Source of the DNA: Minisyncoccota bacterium
Lineage (GTDB): Bacteria; Patescibacteriota; Minisyncoccia; Phycocordibacterales; UBA9973
NCBI GenBank assembly: GCA_041659785.1
Contig: JBAZXO010000002.1
Coordinates: 1-53,478 of the forward strand
Reading direction: 5' to 3'
Length of the DNA: 53,478 bases
Shown here: piece after piece, positions 37,002-46,500 of the stretch
Layout: each line of letters starts with the position of its first letter
Position numbering within the stretch: the first letter of the stretch is position 1
The notes under the pieces: model-generated
What the model was told of the DNA's origin: nothing
Seen by the model: the letters and a program-made list of their open reading frames with translations, nothing else
Database searches by the model: none
Position numbers and translations under genes: made by a program

Positions 37002-38243
37002 TTAGCATCCATCTTTAGCAATTTGTGCTTTTATTTGAGTCATTCTATTTATTACACTATCCCCATAAAATTCATTTGGCGGTTGTCTACCAGCTTGACA
37101 GGCAACACCAGAGTAATATTTACAGGCAGCGTTTCTGGGATCATTAATTGCACCGATATTTTTTAAATATACACCCGCTGTCATTAATGCGTCGTTAGTG
37201 TTCCACGGATTTTTTCCACTGCCACCATTGGCTAGCCATGTTGTAGGACGAAATTGCATAAGTCCTATAGCACCCCCATGACCACCGCCACTAGCACACG
37301 ATACATAAGTAGTACTCATATTATTACTACCCACAATGGCTTCTAAAGCTTTTTTATCTTCAGGAAACATGTTTGCATTAGCAGGAAGACATCCCCCAGT
37401 GTTTGCTCCTCCACCTGTTTCTTGGGCAAATATAGCTAAAATAAAAGCTTTATCTACTCCAGTGCTTGCTTGAGCAGCTGTTGCTGCAGGACAAGCTTCT
37501 GCTTTAAAGTTAACTTTACTAGGTTTTCCATCACGACTTAGTGCCCCAGAAATTTGGAAATCCTTTATAGTTACCTCAACCTTCACATCTGTTAAACTAT
37601 TTAAGTCAGTTTTTAAAATATCAGGATTTATCGTGTACAGAAGAGTGTAAGCACCAAGAGCCAAAAGAAGACCAAAAATTGCATTTCTTATTCTTTCTTT
37701 TCCATGTTCTTTGTTTGAGATTAGTTCACTCGTCATATATTCTATTCCACCTATGACAATCATTATCACAGCAAAGACTGCACAAACACCAATAAATATT
37801 CTTATAATCATATTTAAATAATCACCCAGTTTATTATTGTTGGCAGTGCTACTTGTAGGGTCATAAGTTCTTAAGGTATGGGTCTGGGGATCACATCCAG
37901 GGGTGCTAACATCACAAGGTAACGGAGCTAAAAAATTATAATAAGCTTGCCAAGATGCTCCAGTTACAGTTTTGCATTCTTTTTCTGTAACATTATTAAT
38001 TGTTGTTTCCCCAACGGGAAAAACACAGTTTCCTTTTGGTTCGGGTGTGTTTGGTGTTGTGGAGGTTGGAGTGGGCGTAGGGGTTGGATTTGTGGTTGGG
38101 GTGTTACATCCAATTGGTATAGGTATTGGTGTGCCACTACTGCTGTCTGTCCCCGTACAAGGGAATGCGTGTATAGATAATATTGGAATAAATATTCCAA
38201 TTAGTACAATAAGTATTAAAATGTATGGTGAAATTTTTTTCAT
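37002..38243 (-). CDS. VirB2/TrbC-like pilin fused to lytic-transglycosylase-like domain
   Basis: Signal peptide; two-TM pilin block IIRIFIGV...IGGIEYMTS...KERIRNAIFGLLLALGAYTLLYTINP; C-terminal AIFAQET...GAIGLMQF.P.TW...NPWN..DA lysozyme-fold motifs; start moved to 38243. Confidence 0.75.
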   Translation of the reverse strand: MKKISPYILILIVLIGIFIPILSIHAFPCTGTDSSSGTPIPIPIGCNTPTTNPTPTPTPTSTTPNTPEPKGNCVFPVGETTINNVTEKECKTVTGASWQAYYNFLAPLPCDVSTPGCDPQTHTLRTYDPTSSTANNNKLGDYLNMIIRIFIGVCAVFAVIMIVIGGIEYMTSELISNKEHGKERIRNAIFGLLLALGAYTLLYTINPDILKTDLNSLTDVKVEVTIKDFQISGALSRDGKPSKVNFKAEACPAATAAQASTGVDKAFILAIFAQETGGGANTGGCLPANANMFPEDKKALEAIVGSNNMSTTYVSCASGGGHGGAIGLMQFRPTTWLANGGSGKNPWNTNDALMTAGVYLKNIGAINDPRNAACKYYSGVACQAGRQPPNEFYGDSVINRMTQIKAQIAKDGC

Positions 38244-38244
38244 T

Positions 38245-39234
38245 TTAAAATTGTAAATTAATTTCTCCGCTAGCATTTCCAGTAAGTTTATATATATTTT
38301 CAATATCAAGTTTTACTTTAGATGTTCCAGAAACCCCAGCCTGAATTTTAAGAGGTATTAAATTTTTTATAATACCAATTGAGGTAGCTACTGAAGTGTC
38401 GTTAATAGACCATGTCCAATTAAGTAGAGGGGTTCTTATGTCGCCTGGAGAGATAAAGTACGGTACAGCCTCTAGCGTAGTATCGCCAAGGATTTTATAT
38501 CCATCAAAAAGTGCTTGTTCCCAAAGTGTACCCATGTATATATTATTTATATAGAATAAAATTTTAGGTTGAGTCATTCCTATATCAATGCTTGCGTTCG
38601 AAGAAATATTTTGGCTGATTGTTGACGCAGTTACGCTAATATTATTTGAATTTTCTAAATAATCATTGACATAAGTAAAAGAATTTTTACCATACCCAGA
38701 ACCATCTACATTATTGGTGTAATCTTTTTTCCAAGAATAAGTCATGGTTTTAGGATTTACCAAACCAGCACCCGATTTTATTTCAGGCATAGCCACTACT
38801 TTTACAGAACTGTCGGCTGAAGGCATTGCTTTACCTTTATAAAATGGTGGTACATAAGAATCTTGTGCTTGCCAAAGCAACACCATTACCGAAGGTTTTA
38901 TTGTCATGTTTGTATTTACTGTGCCGTCTGGTAGATTTATTGTAGCTACGACGCTTGTATTCCCCCCCGCATTGGGAGCATTTAGAGAAAAAGTTTTCTT
39001 ACCAATTCCAGAAGAAATATTTTTTCCATTAACAGACCAAGAAATTAGAACACTGTCTAGATTATTAGCATAACTATTTAAGGTAATATTTACATTTTCA
39101 TTAGGTGCCGGATTTTCTGGTGACATATTAACTAAAATACTACTAGATGAAGCAGCATTTGCTTTAAAAGGTAAATTTATTCCCAGTATTGCAACAAATA
39201 TAGTTAAATATAGTAATAAAAATTTAAACTTCAT
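38245..39234 (-). CDS. Exported protein with Ig/PKD-like domains
   Basis: Signal peptide; repeated ISWSVNG, YSWKKD, WTWSIND strand motifs. Confidence 0.6.
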   Translation of the reverse strand: MKFKFLLLYLTIFVAILGINLPFKANAASSSSILVNMSPENPAPNENVNITLNSYANNLDSVLISWSVNGKNISSGIGKKTFSLNAPNAGGNTSVVATINLPDGTVNTNMTIKPSVMVLLWQAQDSYVPPFYKGKAMPSADSSVKVVAMPEIKSGAGLVNPKTMTYSWKKDYTNNVDGSGYGKNSFTYVNDYLENSNNISVTASTISQNISSNASIDIGMTQPKILFYINNIYMGTLWEQALFDGYKILGDTTLEAVPYFISPGDIRTPLLNWTWSINDTSVATSIGIIKNLIPLKIQAGVSGTSKVKLDIENIYKLTGNASGEINLQF

Positions 39235-39254
39235 ACACTCTAATTATATCATAT

Positions 39255-39292
39255 CTACTTTATAAACTTGATAACTTTAAACTTTATAACTC
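39255..39292 (-). repeat. 8/9-nt repeat element, solo 5' arm (after virB4)
   Basis: - strand GAGTTATAAAGTTTAAAGTTATCAAGTTTATAAAGTAG. Confidence 0.8.
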
Positions 39293-39311
39293 CCAAATAA
39301 AACCTATGTTT

Positions 39312-41159
39312 TTATTTGGTGGCTGTTGCTGCCTCTGCTTGCTCTTCTTTGGCTTTTTTGTTGGATAATATTTGTGAAGGATCAGAAGTAATGATTTGGT
39401 CTTCAGTGTAAGAAGAAACAATTTTGATAGCGACGTGTTTTAATCCTGCAAAAAAGATTCCTTCTCCTAAACCAGACTCTAATAGTAAGTATTTTTCTTC
39501 ATCTGTAAGGTTGAAAGTTTTCTGTAGAAGGTCGATGGTGGTTGGAGACTGTTTCAAGAGAAGTTGGATTGAAGAGTTTGTAATTATGGGTACTCCATAT
39601 GGGGACTTCATGAAGTCCCCAGCGTCTTGAGTAATAGTAGAAAGCCCTAAATAATATTTTCGGCCTCTTTTAGCTATTGAATACAAGAAAGATGCCGTAT
39701 CTTCAGACTTCATCATCCACCATGCTTCGTCCACTACGAGTAAGCGTTTTTTTAAGTTTTTACGAATAGCATTCCATATGTAATGCATGATGATATACAT
39801 TGCTACTGGTTTAAGCTCGTCTTCCATGTCACGAACAGAGAAAACAACAAATTTTTTATTTATATCCACATTGGAAGGTCTATTTAAGAATGTTGCCCAA
39901 GAACCTCGTGTATATTTCGCGAGTCGTGCAACGACTGAGTCACTCCCCTCCATGCCTGAAAGCACCATTTCCATATCTGAGAGGAGTGGAGGTTCTATGT
40001 TAGAGAAATCTGACTCCGGAGTGATGTCTTTTATGGCATAAGTCTCTGAGATGGCTCGGTCCACCATGGAATCTTCTTCTGGAGTGAGTCCACCTAGCAT
40101 GAGTCTAAAGAGTCCGACTAGGTTAATGATGTTTGAACGAAGGACATCTTCGGCAGTTTCATCTTCGCGAGGTATCGGTAAATCGAAAGGATTTAAATGG
40201 TGGTCCGAAGAAAGTGAAATGTTAAAATATCTTCCACCGACAGCTTCAGCCAAGAATTCATATTCTCGCTCTGGGTCTATCACGATGACGTCTGTATCAA
40301 ACATGAGTGACCTTAGAATTTCTAATTTTGTAGCATAAGATTTTCCTGAACCAGACTTGGCGAAGGTTACAGAATTGTAATTTTCTAATGAAAATCTGTC
40401 GAAAATAACTAAACTAGAATTGTGTCTATTGATACCATAAAGTATTCCTTTATCAGAAGTGAGGTCAGAAGATATAAAAGGAAAGACACTCGAAAGCGGT
40501 TCCGAATTTAATTTTTGATGGATATTTAATAAGTCTGTCTCTATTGGGATGACGCTCTTGAAGCCTTCTTCTTGTTGGAAAAGGGCTGGTTTTATATAGA
40601 TGAGTTTAGATTCAAGCATTGATTTTATCTCATTTTCTATCTTGAAGAGCTCGAGATCGTTGTCTGCATATATTGTGATATAAATACCTACATCAAACAT
40701 TTTTTCTTGAGCTTGGATCAGATTATCACGGAGACCTTCTAAGTCTTGGTATGCTGTATCTAGCATTGGATCTCGGACCATACCTTTTGATTCTCGGACA
40801 TTTATCTGACTTTGAACTTCGGCGACTTTTTTCTGAAATTGCCTAAGCATTAATGATGTATCTATTGGATGAACAAAAATTGAAATATCAAAAATTTTAT
40901 CCAAGTTAATTATTGGAGAAAACCAATTATCTGTTAGAAATCTAGGATAAGATATTATGAAAAATGTTCGAGCTATTTTGTCACCAAGGTTTATAGATTT
41001 GGGGTCAATCTTGAGGGCTGAGGGGGCGATGACGTCTTGGAGTTCCAAGTTTGCAGATTCGTAAATTTTTTCTGGCAAAATAGCCAAAACAGAAGCGTTT
41101 GGCTCTTCGTTACTCTTTTTTACTCCAAATAATTTTTTTATATCATCTAAAATACTCAT
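39312..41159 (-). CDS. virB4: VirB4/TraC-like secretion ATPase
   Basis: Walker A AKSGSGKS, VIDPEREY, LNPFD, Walker B LLVVDEAW, KRGRKY..GL..ITQ. Confidence 0.88.
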   Translation of the reverse strand: MSILDDIKKLFGVKKSNEEPNASVLAILPEKIYESANLELQDVIAPSALKIDPKSINLGDKIARTFFIISYPRFLTDNWFSPIINLDKIFDISIFVHPIDTSLMLRQFQKKVAEVQSQINVRESKGMVRDPMLDTAYQDLEGLRDNLIQAQEKMFDVGIYITIYADNDLELFKIENEIKSMLESKLIYIKPALFQQEEGFKSVIPIETDLLNIHQKLNSEPLSSVFPFISSDLTSDKGILYGINRHNSSLVIFDRFSLENYNSVTFAKSGSGKSYATKLEILRSLMFDTDVIVIDPEREYEFLAEAVGGRYFNISLSSDHHLNPFDLPIPREDETAEDVLRSNIINLVGLFRLMLGGLTPEEDSMVDRAISETYAIKDITPESDFSNIEPPLLSDMEMVLSGMEGSDSVVARLAKYTRGSWATFLNRPSNVDINKKFVVFSVRDMEDELKPVAMYIIMHYIWNAIRKNLKKRLLVVDEAWWMMKSEDTASFLYSIAKRGRKYYLGLSTITQDAGDFMKSPYGVPIITNSSIQLLLKQSPTTIDLLQKTFNLTDEEKYLLLESGLGEGIFFAGLKHVAIKIVSSYTEDQIITSDPSQILSNKKAKEEQAEAATATK

Positions 41160-41167
41160 TTTTTTAT

Positions 41168-41209
41168 CTTTACTTTATAAACCTTACAACTTTACAAACT
41201 TTATAACTA
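41168..41209 (-). repeat. 8/9-nt repeat element, solo 5' arm (before virB4)
   Basis: - strand TAGTTATAAAGTTTGTAAAGTTGTAAGGTTTATAAAGTAAAG. Confidence 0.8.
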
Positions 41210-41848
41210 CTATTCCAGCTTTATTTTACCTTCTATTTCCCCTGGATTGAAAACTTTATAAAATACTTCCACCACTTCTTCAGTACCGAGCTGAGCTGAA
41301 TTTATACCACAACGACTAAGTCCTTGCTGTATTACGGCTACCCTCTCCTCTAATTGGGATCTCTTTTCTTCAAAAGCCACTTTCTTTGCTGCTTTAATTT
41401 CTGCTGAATTTTTTCTTGAGAATATTTTATCAATTATTCCAGAGTCTGATTTTAGAGCAGTGTGTGTATAAGGTACAACAATAAAAAAGCTTTTGGTCAT
41501 TATGGCGACAGTATCAGTGAAGTTTTTAATGAATTCTATATATTCTCTGGTTTGTAATTTTAGAAGAGGTTCATTTTGTACCTTGATTCTGTTCTCCAAG
41601 AGAAGTAGATATGGCCTGATGTCTAATCTTCTGGACTGGATTGATATCTGTATTGAAAAATCTAAGGTATTTAGAAAGTTTTGGAATTGCATTATTGTTG
41701 CTTTTTGTTCATCGGCAGATTTTAAAGAAAGATTTATAGAATTTGCCAATACAATTGCACGCAATTCGTCGTTTTTCAGCACGACTATTCCGTCGCGTAC
41801 TTCTTTGATTGGTATGAATTCTTGTGTTGCTTTTGCGTTTAATGCCAT
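41210..41848 (-). CDS. TraC/VirB4 N-terminal-like protein
   Basis: IKEVRDGIVV, NLSLKSADEQ, FLNTLDF.IQI.IQSR; sits between prgI-like and virB4. Confidence 0.65.
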   Translation of the reverse strand: MALNAKATQEFIPIKEVRDGIVVLKNDELRAIVLANSINLSLKSADEQKATIMQFQNFLNTLDFSIQISIQSRRLDIRPYLLLLENRIKVQNEPLLKLQTREYIEFIKNFTDTVAIMTKSFFIVVPYTHTALKSDSGIIDKIFSRKNSAEIKAAKKVAFEEKRSQLEERVAVIQQGLSRCGINSAQLGTEEVVEVFYKVFNPGEIEGKIKLE

Positions 41849-41850
41849 AC

Positions 41851-41969
41851 AGTTAGTTCATAAAGTTATAAAGTTCATAAAGTGTAAAGTTGTATTTTTT
41901 AAATTGTGAAATTGAATTTATTTGCATTGTATTTACTTGATAACATTATAACTTTTTACTTTATAACTC
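41851..41969 (-). repeat. 8/9-nt repeat element, both arms, no cargo (prgI-traC-like)
   Basis: AAGT-type arm 41933-41969 overlaps prgI stop; ACTT-type arm 41851-41892; 41852-41883 identical to 42411-42442. Confidence 0.85.
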
Positions 41970-42404
41970 GTTTACCTTTTGCTTGCTTAAATCTAACACA
42001 TCCAGACTCCAAGCCAGATCTCTTAATTTACTGCCATTTAATTCTAAGCCCCCTTCTTTCATCATTCTTATCTTGTTTATATCATTTGAGGTCCCCTGCT
42101 CACCATTTGTAGGCTTTTTTATCGTTGTATTTTTTTTCCAAATATAAAGTTTGTTTTGTATAAAATATTTGAAACCAGACTCAAGCATGTTTATAAAAGG
42201 TTTGTTGTTTGGTTTGTAAAAAGTAAGCATTAAAGAAAATCCTGCGATGGCCAAGATGGGTATGATTCCAAGGAGGAGCCCAAGCAATTTATAAACAGTA
42301 AAACACAAACCTGCTCCACCAGCTAAATAAACAAACTCCCTGAAGGTGAAAGGGCCAAAAATTTTGTCTTCTATTTCTAAAAACTGTGGAACTTTGAATT
42401 GCAT
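41961..42404 (-). CDS. PrgI family (VirB3-like) membrane protein
   Basis: MQFKVPQFLEIEDKIFGPFTFREF, two TM segments. Confidence 0.8.
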   Translation of the reverse strand: MQFKVPQFLEIEDKIFGPFTFREFVYLAGGAGLCFTVYKLLGLLLGIIPILAIAGFSLMLTFYKPNNKPFINMLESGFKYFIQNKLYIWKKNTTIKKPTNGEQGTSNDINKIRMMKEGGLELNGSKLRDLAWSLDVLDLSKQKVNEL

Positions 42405-42408
42405 GGAT

Positions 42409-42847
42409 AAGTTAGTTCATAAAGTTATAAAGTTCATAAAGTCCTTAAAGTTAAGATCCTTAATCCAAAGTTTTAATAAAACCTGATAATAACTTAGAAA
42501 TCTCTAGAGTTAAACCATACATTTTATCAAAATCTCTTTTGGGAAGGTACCTTAACTCTAAACCTAAGTTTAACATAGATCTGACTTCCCCAGCAGAGCC
42601 TTTTGATATAAAAAGAAAACTTTTTAATTCTTTGTTTGTTCTCCTCTCAAAACCTTCTGCAATATTATTCATTATTGAAACAGAGGCTCTTTCTATTTGA
42701 TTTTTGAAACTAAAATCTTTGCAAGTTTTAAATACCGTGTAAATATTAAGTGTTAATTCTTTTCCTTTTTGCCAAGATATTATTTCTTCGAATTTTTCTA
42801 TTTTCATGCTACTTTATAAACTTTACAACTTTTTACTTTATAACTAG
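42409..42847 (-). mobile_element. Putative cassette: four-helix-bundle gene bracketed by inverted 8/9-nt repeat arms
   Basis: 5' arm 42809-42847, gene 42460-42807, 3' arm 42409-42454; mobility inferred, not shown. Confidence 0.5.
42460..42807 (-). CDS. Four-helix-bundle protein (23S rRNA IVS protein / bAvd-like family)
   Basis: FEEIISWQKGKEL, QIERASVSIMNNIAEGFERRT.KE...FL.ISKGSAGE. Confidence 0.9.
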   Translation of the reverse strand: MKIEKFEEIISWQKGKELTLNIYTVFKTCKDFSFKNQIERASVSIMNNIAEGFERRTNKELKSFLFISKGSAGEVRSMLNLGLELRYLPKRDFDKMYGLTLEISKLLSGFIKTLD

Positions 42848-42859
42848 ATTAAGTCCTTC

Positions 42860-43483
42860 CTAATCCGGACTTAATCTGTATGGATCTCCTTTTGGAGGAT
42901 AAGTGGAAGGAGCGGGTTTAGGGGGCTGGGGAATAGTATCGTTCTGGTTACTCATTTTTGTAAGATTTTCTAAAGAGTGTTCTGTGGTTACTGTAGGTGT
43001 TTGGAAAGTACTGTTTAATTTTTGTGCTAATATTGGATGTACTTCTTCTCCCTTTTTTAATTCTAATTTTTCTGGAATGATTTCTATACCAGCTGTGTTT
43101 AATACATGTGTATTTTTCTTCTTTTCCTCCTCTGTGTCGTGTTCAGTTGTATCTTTCTTGGATGTATTGTCATACATTTGCATCATTTTCTCTTTGATTT
43201 CTTTTAGAATTTTTTCATTTACAGCATTTACTATTAAGCGTGTTTTCTCATCTCCCAATTTCATGCTGTTTTTGATAGATTCTTCAAACTTGTCTGGATG
43301 TGTAAAACCAAACATGACCATATGTGTCTCTAGAGAAAGTTGCCCCATTTGCTCCACGTTCAAACCCTGTGTCTGACCTATTTCAATAATATTGTCATCC
43401 ACATTTACTCCCATGATTGCCCATTTTAAATCTTCTGGGAGATCGTCAAACTTTTTTTGTATTTCTTCTAATGTTATTTCCAT
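42860..43483 (-). CDS. Hypothetical cytoplasmic protein
   Basis: 207 aa; helical N-terminus, low-complexity C-terminus ending DPYR; in the T4SS-like operon. Confidence 0.7.
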   Translation of the reverse strand: MEITLEEIQKKFDDLPEDLKWAIMGVNVDDNIIEIGQTQGLNVEQMGQLSLETHMVMFGFTHPDKFEESIKNSMKLGDEKTRLIVNAVNEKILKEIKEKMMQMYDNTSKKDTTEHDTEEEKKKNTHVLNTAGIEIIPEKLELKKGEEVHPILAQKLNSTFQTPTVTTEHSLENLTKMSNQNDTIPQPPKPAPSTYPPKGDPYRLSPD

Positions 43484-43516
43484 AAATTTATTATTAAGCT
43501 AATAATTTTTTAATGA

Positions 43517-46500
43517 TTAAGTATGTCCATGTGCCGCTGGTGGTGTATGTGCTGATTCTGTTGGTTTTTCATGAGGTTTTTCTTCTTCATGCTCTTCTTC
43601 TGTTTTATGTGCTGTATTTTCTTTTGGTGCTTCATGACTCTTCTTGTCTTCTTTGTGTTTTGTTCCTCCCCCCTCTTGTTCTTTCTCAAGTGCCGATTTG
43701 TCTTTTCCTAAATCAAGATTTTCCTTTTTAAGATTATGAAGATCTTTTTCTGCAGTTTTTAGTTTAGTTAATTCAAATTTTCTTTCGCCATTTTTTATTG
43801 TTTCATTAAATAAACCTACAACCCTTGGATCATCTTTCCCTGCTTTTTCTTGTTCAACAAGTCTTTTTAGTTCTATTTCGTTCATCTTTTCAGCAAATGA
43901 TATTTTTGTTAACTCCGATTCTATTTTTCCTGTATTTACAGTAAATCCCTTGTCTTTATCTCCAGTTACTAATCCATTTCCTGTGTCTTTTCCTGACGCA
44001 TCTTTTTCAATAAATTTATCTAATGATTCATGGAGTTTGTCTATTGATTTTATGTTTTCCGCTATCCTATCTGTTATTCCAGACATTTTCTTAAAGCCCT
44101 TTTCAAGTTCCTTGGTGAACTTAGATTCACCAGCTGCTTCTTTCATAGCATAATCTCCAGCACTTATACCACCTACACCCATACCACCCGTTACTCCCGT
44201 TGCTGTTCCCAAGGTTCCCATACCCATTGCTCCAGCAGCTACACCACCTACTGCTCCGCCAGTAAGAACAGCGGCTGTTCCACCGACGGCCATCTTTGTC
44301 ATCATAACTCTCTTGTGGTTTACATCGTTTGCTATTTTTGAATCATATACCATCTCTGCAAGTTTAGCTGGATCATTTTTATATGCTTCATTGTATCTTT
44401 TCCTATATGCTCCATCTTTACTAAAGTTATTTTTATCAATGATTTCACCAGTAAGATTTACGGTTGAATATGCTAGTGCCCCCAACAAACTATGGGCACC
44501 CACAAGAATATCATCACGAAATTCTTCCATTCTGGAACGGTTTAATTCGTCAGCTTTTGTGTAATATTCACCTTTGCTGTTTCTTACATTATGTTTCTTA
44601 GACCACTCCTCGACTTCCTTATCCGATTTGCCCGTTTTGTAAAGTTTCGATTCTTCTTTTAGAGCTTCAGATTTTCTTTCTCCAGCTCCTTTGAATCCAC
44701 CTTCTGTATTAGGCCTCAACCCTAATACACTTCTAGAGAAATCTAATCCAGATGCCTTAGACAAGGCTTTTCCTGCGCCCGATTTTCCAAAATCAAAAGA
44801 AGCTTTTTGTCCATAGTCTGCAGCCTTGAGAGTCGTTCTTGCCAAGAACCCACCAATACCTTTTGATTCAACTCCTGCCTTCTTTAGATTTTCACTGCTT
44901 GCTACAGTAGATGCTATTTTACCAATTGTTCCTGTTGCGAGCATTGCTGTTCCGCCCGTCACTGCTCCTAATGCAAGAGATGCACCAGTTTTTGCAGCAC
45001 CAAGTATTACCTCTCCAACTTTACCAGAGCTCTTTACTGCGTACATCATTGCTTTGTAAAGAAGGATATTAACTAAAATTAATGGTAAAAAGACCCCTAA
45101 ATACATTTTTATTGCTCCCGCTGGATCATCTGTACCACTAGCTTTTGGTATGAGTTCAGAAAATATATTTGAATGAAGTAATAAAAATATAAAATACAAA
45201 AAGAACATAAAAATTGGAGCCATAAATGCTGTTTTCAGCAAACGTTTTAACCAAGAATCCCAACCTATATATTCTAATCCTCCTAAAATTGGGACAGAGG
45301 AAGACATAAAAGCAAAAGGAGAAAAAATAATTAAAAACCAAAGCTCAACTAATCTAACTAAGAAAGCAAAACCTGCTACCCAAAGTACAAACACAGTATA
45401 GTACATTAATGATCCAGCCAAAATAGAAATTGCAATCAACATTCCAGCAGGTACAGTAGGCTCTTGTTTGACAAGATGACCGTCTATATATGTTTTTCTA
45501 AGTTCACTAAAGAAAGGTTCAGTTAGCGTTGTGGTAGGATTAAAACCACCAACTAAACCACCCGCTATATCTGTTTCGTTTCCTGTAAGTGCTACATATT
45601 TTCTTTGGTTTCCTTGTGCGTCTTTTGTATAAACACTTAATTTGTTATAAAAAGTTAAAGCTAAAATATTCGAAGCATCGATGATTACTTGAGTAAAGAA
45701 CATAGAAAAGTTTATGAGGAGTGCCACGACGATAACCTTCGCTATCATCTTTTTAACATCAGAACCACCAAGTCCAATAATTAATTTGATTGCAATATAA
45801 AGTAAGACAAGGATAAAGAAAAGATTTGAAAGGTCTCGAACGACTCCCCATGCTTGAGAAATAAAAGAATTTGTGAACAATCCACTACCCAATGAAATAA
45901 ACACTAAGATGTTAAAAAAATAAGCTGCAGTATAAAGGAAAAAAGCTGGTACGGTATAGAACATACCATAAGAAATTTGTATAGCACACCCAGGCCAGAT
46001 ACTAGAACCAGTACCTCCAGCAAAAAATACTCCGAATCCACACTGTTGTTTATTAATTTCTACTTCGAATGGCGTTGTCCCTCCTGGGGAAGCTGGAGCT
46101 ACTTGTCCCGTTGGTGTTGTCCCTGATGTTCCCGCTGGTATTTGTGTTACCGCCCCACCAACACCACCTGCAGTCCATGTTCCACCTCCATTACTTCCTG
46201 CCAATGTTTGACACTCAACAAAGGAATTAACTACCTGTGTTGGTGTTCCTTGTAAATTATAATTACAAGTTCCATTTCCTGTTGGTCCTGCTGGTGGTGG
46301 GGTGGTTGCTGGTATTTGTGTTACTGTTCCATCACGTGCAGTCCACGTTCCACCACCATTACTTCCTGCCGATTTTTGACAATCAGTTAAGTAAGCAGCT
46401 TGTTGAGTTTGCCCATATTTACATATTCCAGATAGATTTTGTTGTGCATTAATTTTACTTATCGGACTAAAAAGCCCGATAAGTGCAATGAATATTATTA

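Noticed and set aside
42460-42807. Diversity-generating retroelement suggested by the Avd-like fold
   Set aside because: No reverse transcriptase and no TR/VR pair in the window; the 239-bp duplication shows only one difference, not a pattern of adenine mutagenesis.
24690-42847. 8/9-nt arrays as CRISPR or iterons
   Set aside because: Units are too short, have no unique spacers, and no cas or rep gene is present; they are tied to operon junctions.
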